Positions 61,837 through 64,000 of a stretch of DNA of 64,000 nucleotides are shown here, piece by piece. The notes under the pieces are model-generated. The model ran no database searches. It was not told the DNA's origin and saw only the letters and a list, made by a program, of their open reading frames with translations. Each line of letters opens with the position of its first letter. Position 1 is the first letter of the stretch. Origin of the DNA: an uncultured delta proteobacterium (lineage in GTDB: Bacteria; Desulfobacterota; Binatia; UBA9968). The translations under genes were made by a program, and so were the position numbers. The stretch is taken from contig CAVSHR010000005.1 in assembly GCA_963727625.1 (NCBI GenBank), forward strand, positions 224,001-288,000, given 5' to 3'.

Positions 61837-62553
61837 TTACGGCTTCACAAACTCCAGCACGAAGCGGTCGTCTTGGTTGCGTCGCCGATTGACGTTGAAG
61901 TCACGCGTGTCCTCAGGCTTGCGCAGCATATTGCCTTCGTTGGCGAGCTTGAACCCGGCTGCCGTGACATCTTTGATGACCTGATATTTATCGATGCGAT
62001 GTAGGGTCTTGTTGGCTTCGTTACCCGACCCGTCTTTCGCCGAGTGATCAACCACGGCGTAAATCCCGCCGCGTTTGAGCGCCGCGAGCACTCTTCGATT
62101 CATCGGCCCGCGTACCGCCGGCGCCAGGTCATGATAGTTGAGATGAATGAGCGCGAAATCGAGCGAACCATCCTGGGGCAGTGCGAGCTTGTCGAAGGGC
62201 CCATCGGCCACCCGGACATTGGCGAATTTCGCCGATTTCCAGCGCTGGTTGATTTCATCGCGCGAGCGCGCATTCACCGTGTAGACGATTCCCTGCGGTC
62301 CGACGACCTGCGAGAGTATCGCGGTGTAGTAGCCGCGCCCCGCCGAGATATCCGCGACTTTATCGCCGGGCTTGACACCGTAAAAGGCCAGCACCTGGTC
62401 CGGCTTACGCGCGCCGTCGAGGGCGCGCTCATTCTGTGGCCGATCCGGATCGGCGATTATCGAGGTATAATTCGCCGATGCCGCCGCGCAGCCCGCGAGC
62501 ATCACCGCTAGCAGTAACCGCCAACCCTTAGTCAGCAAACGTAAGTTTTTCAT
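61837..62553 (-). CDS. class I SAM-dependent methyltransferase (COG4798-like), probable lipoprotein
   Basis: Lipobox LAGC, RKP.QVL.F, AGRGYYT, LKRGG, LHRID and DRFVLEF. RBS GGAGG. Confidence 0.85.
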   Translation of the reverse strand: MKNLRLLTKGWRLLLAVMLAGCAAASANYTSIIADPDRPQNERALDGARKPDQVLAFYGVKPGDKVADISAGRGYYTAILSQVVGPQGIVYTVNARSRDEINQRWKSAKFANVRVADGPFDKLALPQDGSLDFALIHLNYHDLAPAVRGPMNRRVLAALKRGGIYAVVDHSAKDGSGNEANKTLHRIDKYQVIKDVTAAGFKLANEGNMLRKPEDTRDFNVNRRRNQDDRFVLEFVKP

Positions 62554-62740
62554 CAAAGCGCGCCTCCTCCGTTCATCAGCTGTTCGAATGTAGAATGTCC
62601 GAAAAGAAAAGCAAGAGTTGCTGCACTGAAACGCCGCTCGCGTTCGGTCCAGTGCTCTGTCATCTACCGTGATCGTCCGCCCGGCGCGGCCTCGCGGGAT
62701 ACGGTCGGGCAGCGGAGCAGCGGTGATTTTTAATCGGCAG

Positions 62741-62780
62741 GGGGTCAAATTCCCAGCAGCTTGCTGCGGGGTGGTTCATT
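62741..62780. repeat. REP-like palindrome
   Basis: CCCAGCAGCTTGCTGCGGGG hairpin just downstream of the ABC ATPase gene. Confidence 0.4.
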
Positions 62781-62788
62781 GGTCGGGC

Positions 62789-63565
62789 CTAGCTTCGGTT
62801 GCTTTGGAGCGCGGCGTCCACGTCATAGCGCAGCAGGTTCCAGATCTTTTCCATGCATAGTGAGAAGTCCGGGTCGCGCATGCTTTTCATCGTGCGCGGG
62901 CGCGGGATATCCACGGTGACGATTTCTTTGATCAGGCCCGGCCTGGAGCTCATGACCGCGATGCGATCGCAGAGCATCACTGCTTCCTCGAGATTGTGGG
63001 TCACCAGAACCACGGTTTTCTTGTCACGCTCCCAAATCCGCAACAATTCTTCGCGCATGACCAGCCGGGTCTGCGCGTCAAGATTGGCGAACGGCTCATC
63101 CATCAGCACCACTTCGGGATCGTTTGCCAAGGCCCGCGCGATCGCGACCTTCTGTTTCATGCCGCCCGATAATTCATGGGGCCGCGCGCCGGCGAAATCC
63201 AACAGCCGGACGATATCGAGAAAAAATCGGCTGATTCGCTTGTAAACCGACGGCTCCTCCCCGCGAAATTCCGCGCCCAGCGGCACGTTTTCTTCGACGG
63301 TGCGCCAGGGCATTAGCGCCGCGTCTTGAAAAACCATGGAGACCGGCGACTTGGAGCGCTGCTCGCCGATAAATTCGACTGTGCCCGTGCTCGGCGTCTC
63401 CAGGCAGCCCATGATGTGCAGCAACGTCGTCTTGCCGCATCCCGTCGGTCCGATAATGCCGAAGAATTCCCGGTCGCGCACTTCGAGATTAATCCCGCCG
63501 AGAGCGCGAATGCCGCCCTGGCTGGTCTCATACTGTTTGGTTAAACCGTGAACGACGACTTTCAT
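62789..63565 (-). CDS. NitT/TauT-family ABC transporter ATP-binding protein
   Basis: GPTGCGKTT, LSGGMKQK, LMDEPF and VTH. Confidence 0.94.
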   Translation of the reverse strand: MKVVVHGLTKQYETSQGGIRALGGINLEVRDREFFGIIGPTGCGKTTLLHIMGCLETPSTGTVEFIGEQRSKSPVSMVFQDAALMPWRTVEENVPLGAEFRGEEPSVYKRISRFFLDIVRLLDFAGARPHELSGGMKQKVAIARALANDPEVVLMDEPFANLDAQTRLVMREELLRIWERDKKTVVLVTHNLEEAVMLCDRIAVMSSRPGLIKEIVTVDIPRPRTMKSMRDPDFSLCMEKIWNLLRYDVDAALQSNRS

Positions 63566-63647
63566 AAAGTGTCTACAGTCTCCGAGGTCTGGCAGCCAGC
63601 GTCCAGTGTTTAATCCGAGATCCCGACACCGGACTCTAACCGGAGCT

Positions 63648-64000
63648 TTATCCGAGAAAATCTTCCAATTTCACATTCGCCAAACCCATCGGCTTCACCG
63701 GTTCAAAGTAGGCACGCAGCTCCGGCGTCTGCGCCGCGCCTTTGGTGGCATCGATCAGCATCTTCGAGCCGATGCGCGGATGAAACCCCATATGATCGCC
63801 GGCATCCGGCAATAGCTCAGCGGTTAGATCACCGGTGTGGCACAGGGTATCGGGAATAATCAACACATCCGATTTCGGGTTCACCCGGGTGGACAGCGCG
63901 TACAGGATCGATTGCGCATTATGGGGATCGACATCCTCGTCGACGGCAATGCCGATCTTGGGGTGGAGATACGGGCTGGAGAGCAGCGCCATCAGCATGC
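63648..64000 (-). CDS. UbiD-family decarboxylase, C-terminal part
   Basis: AVDEDVDP, ALSTRV and KMLIDAT. Continues beyond the window. Confidence 0.85.
   Translation of the reverse strand, partial: MLMALLSSPYLHPKIGIAVDEDVDPHNAQSILYALSTRVNPKSDVLIIPDTLCHTGDLTAELLPDAGDHMGFHPRIGSKMLIDATKGAAQTPELRAYFEPVKPMGLANVKLEDFLG

Overview
A 64-kb GC-rich bacterial chromosome segment. The gene order tilS-ftsH-folP-cdaA-cdaR-glmM-pdxJ-nnr-tsaE-lysC-cimA and the TctC-, NMT1- and UbiD-type genes suggest a deltaproteobacterium-like organism, possibly Candidatus Binatia (inference). The window has five parts. (1) 1-12.5 kb: a sensor-less sigma54 activator, two ferritin-like proteins, PPi-PFK/GAPDH/CBS, an orphan BoxB-like diiron protein, a COG2187 kinase-like gene and two small unknown proteins. 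Six -24/-12 promoters are visible here, and most have a pair of related 16-bp palindromes exactly 31 bp apart upstream. This candidate sigma54 regulon, with low-oxygen/dormancy-like gene content, is the main finding. (2) 12.5-22 kb: metabolic genes, including a dapA-like/grdE-like/pepE/ackA run, an internally deleted phosphoketolase pseudogene and a radical SAM maturase. (3) 22.2-32.7 kb: a c-di-GMP cluster bordered by a 199-bp MITE, with a near-identical 1.53-kb PAS-GAF-GGDEF duplication fused to two different sensors; one copy is frameshifted. (4) 34-52.8 kb: housekeeping genes on the minus strand, with short-repeat palindromes in the intergenic gaps and a 1-bp frameshift in the folP 5' end. 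(5) 52.8-64 kb: transport and catabolic genes (substrate-binding proteins, SDR, two UbiD, exported methyltransferases). I saw no rRNA, tRNA, CRISPR array or intact transposase. All calls come from reading motifs by eye; no database searches were run.
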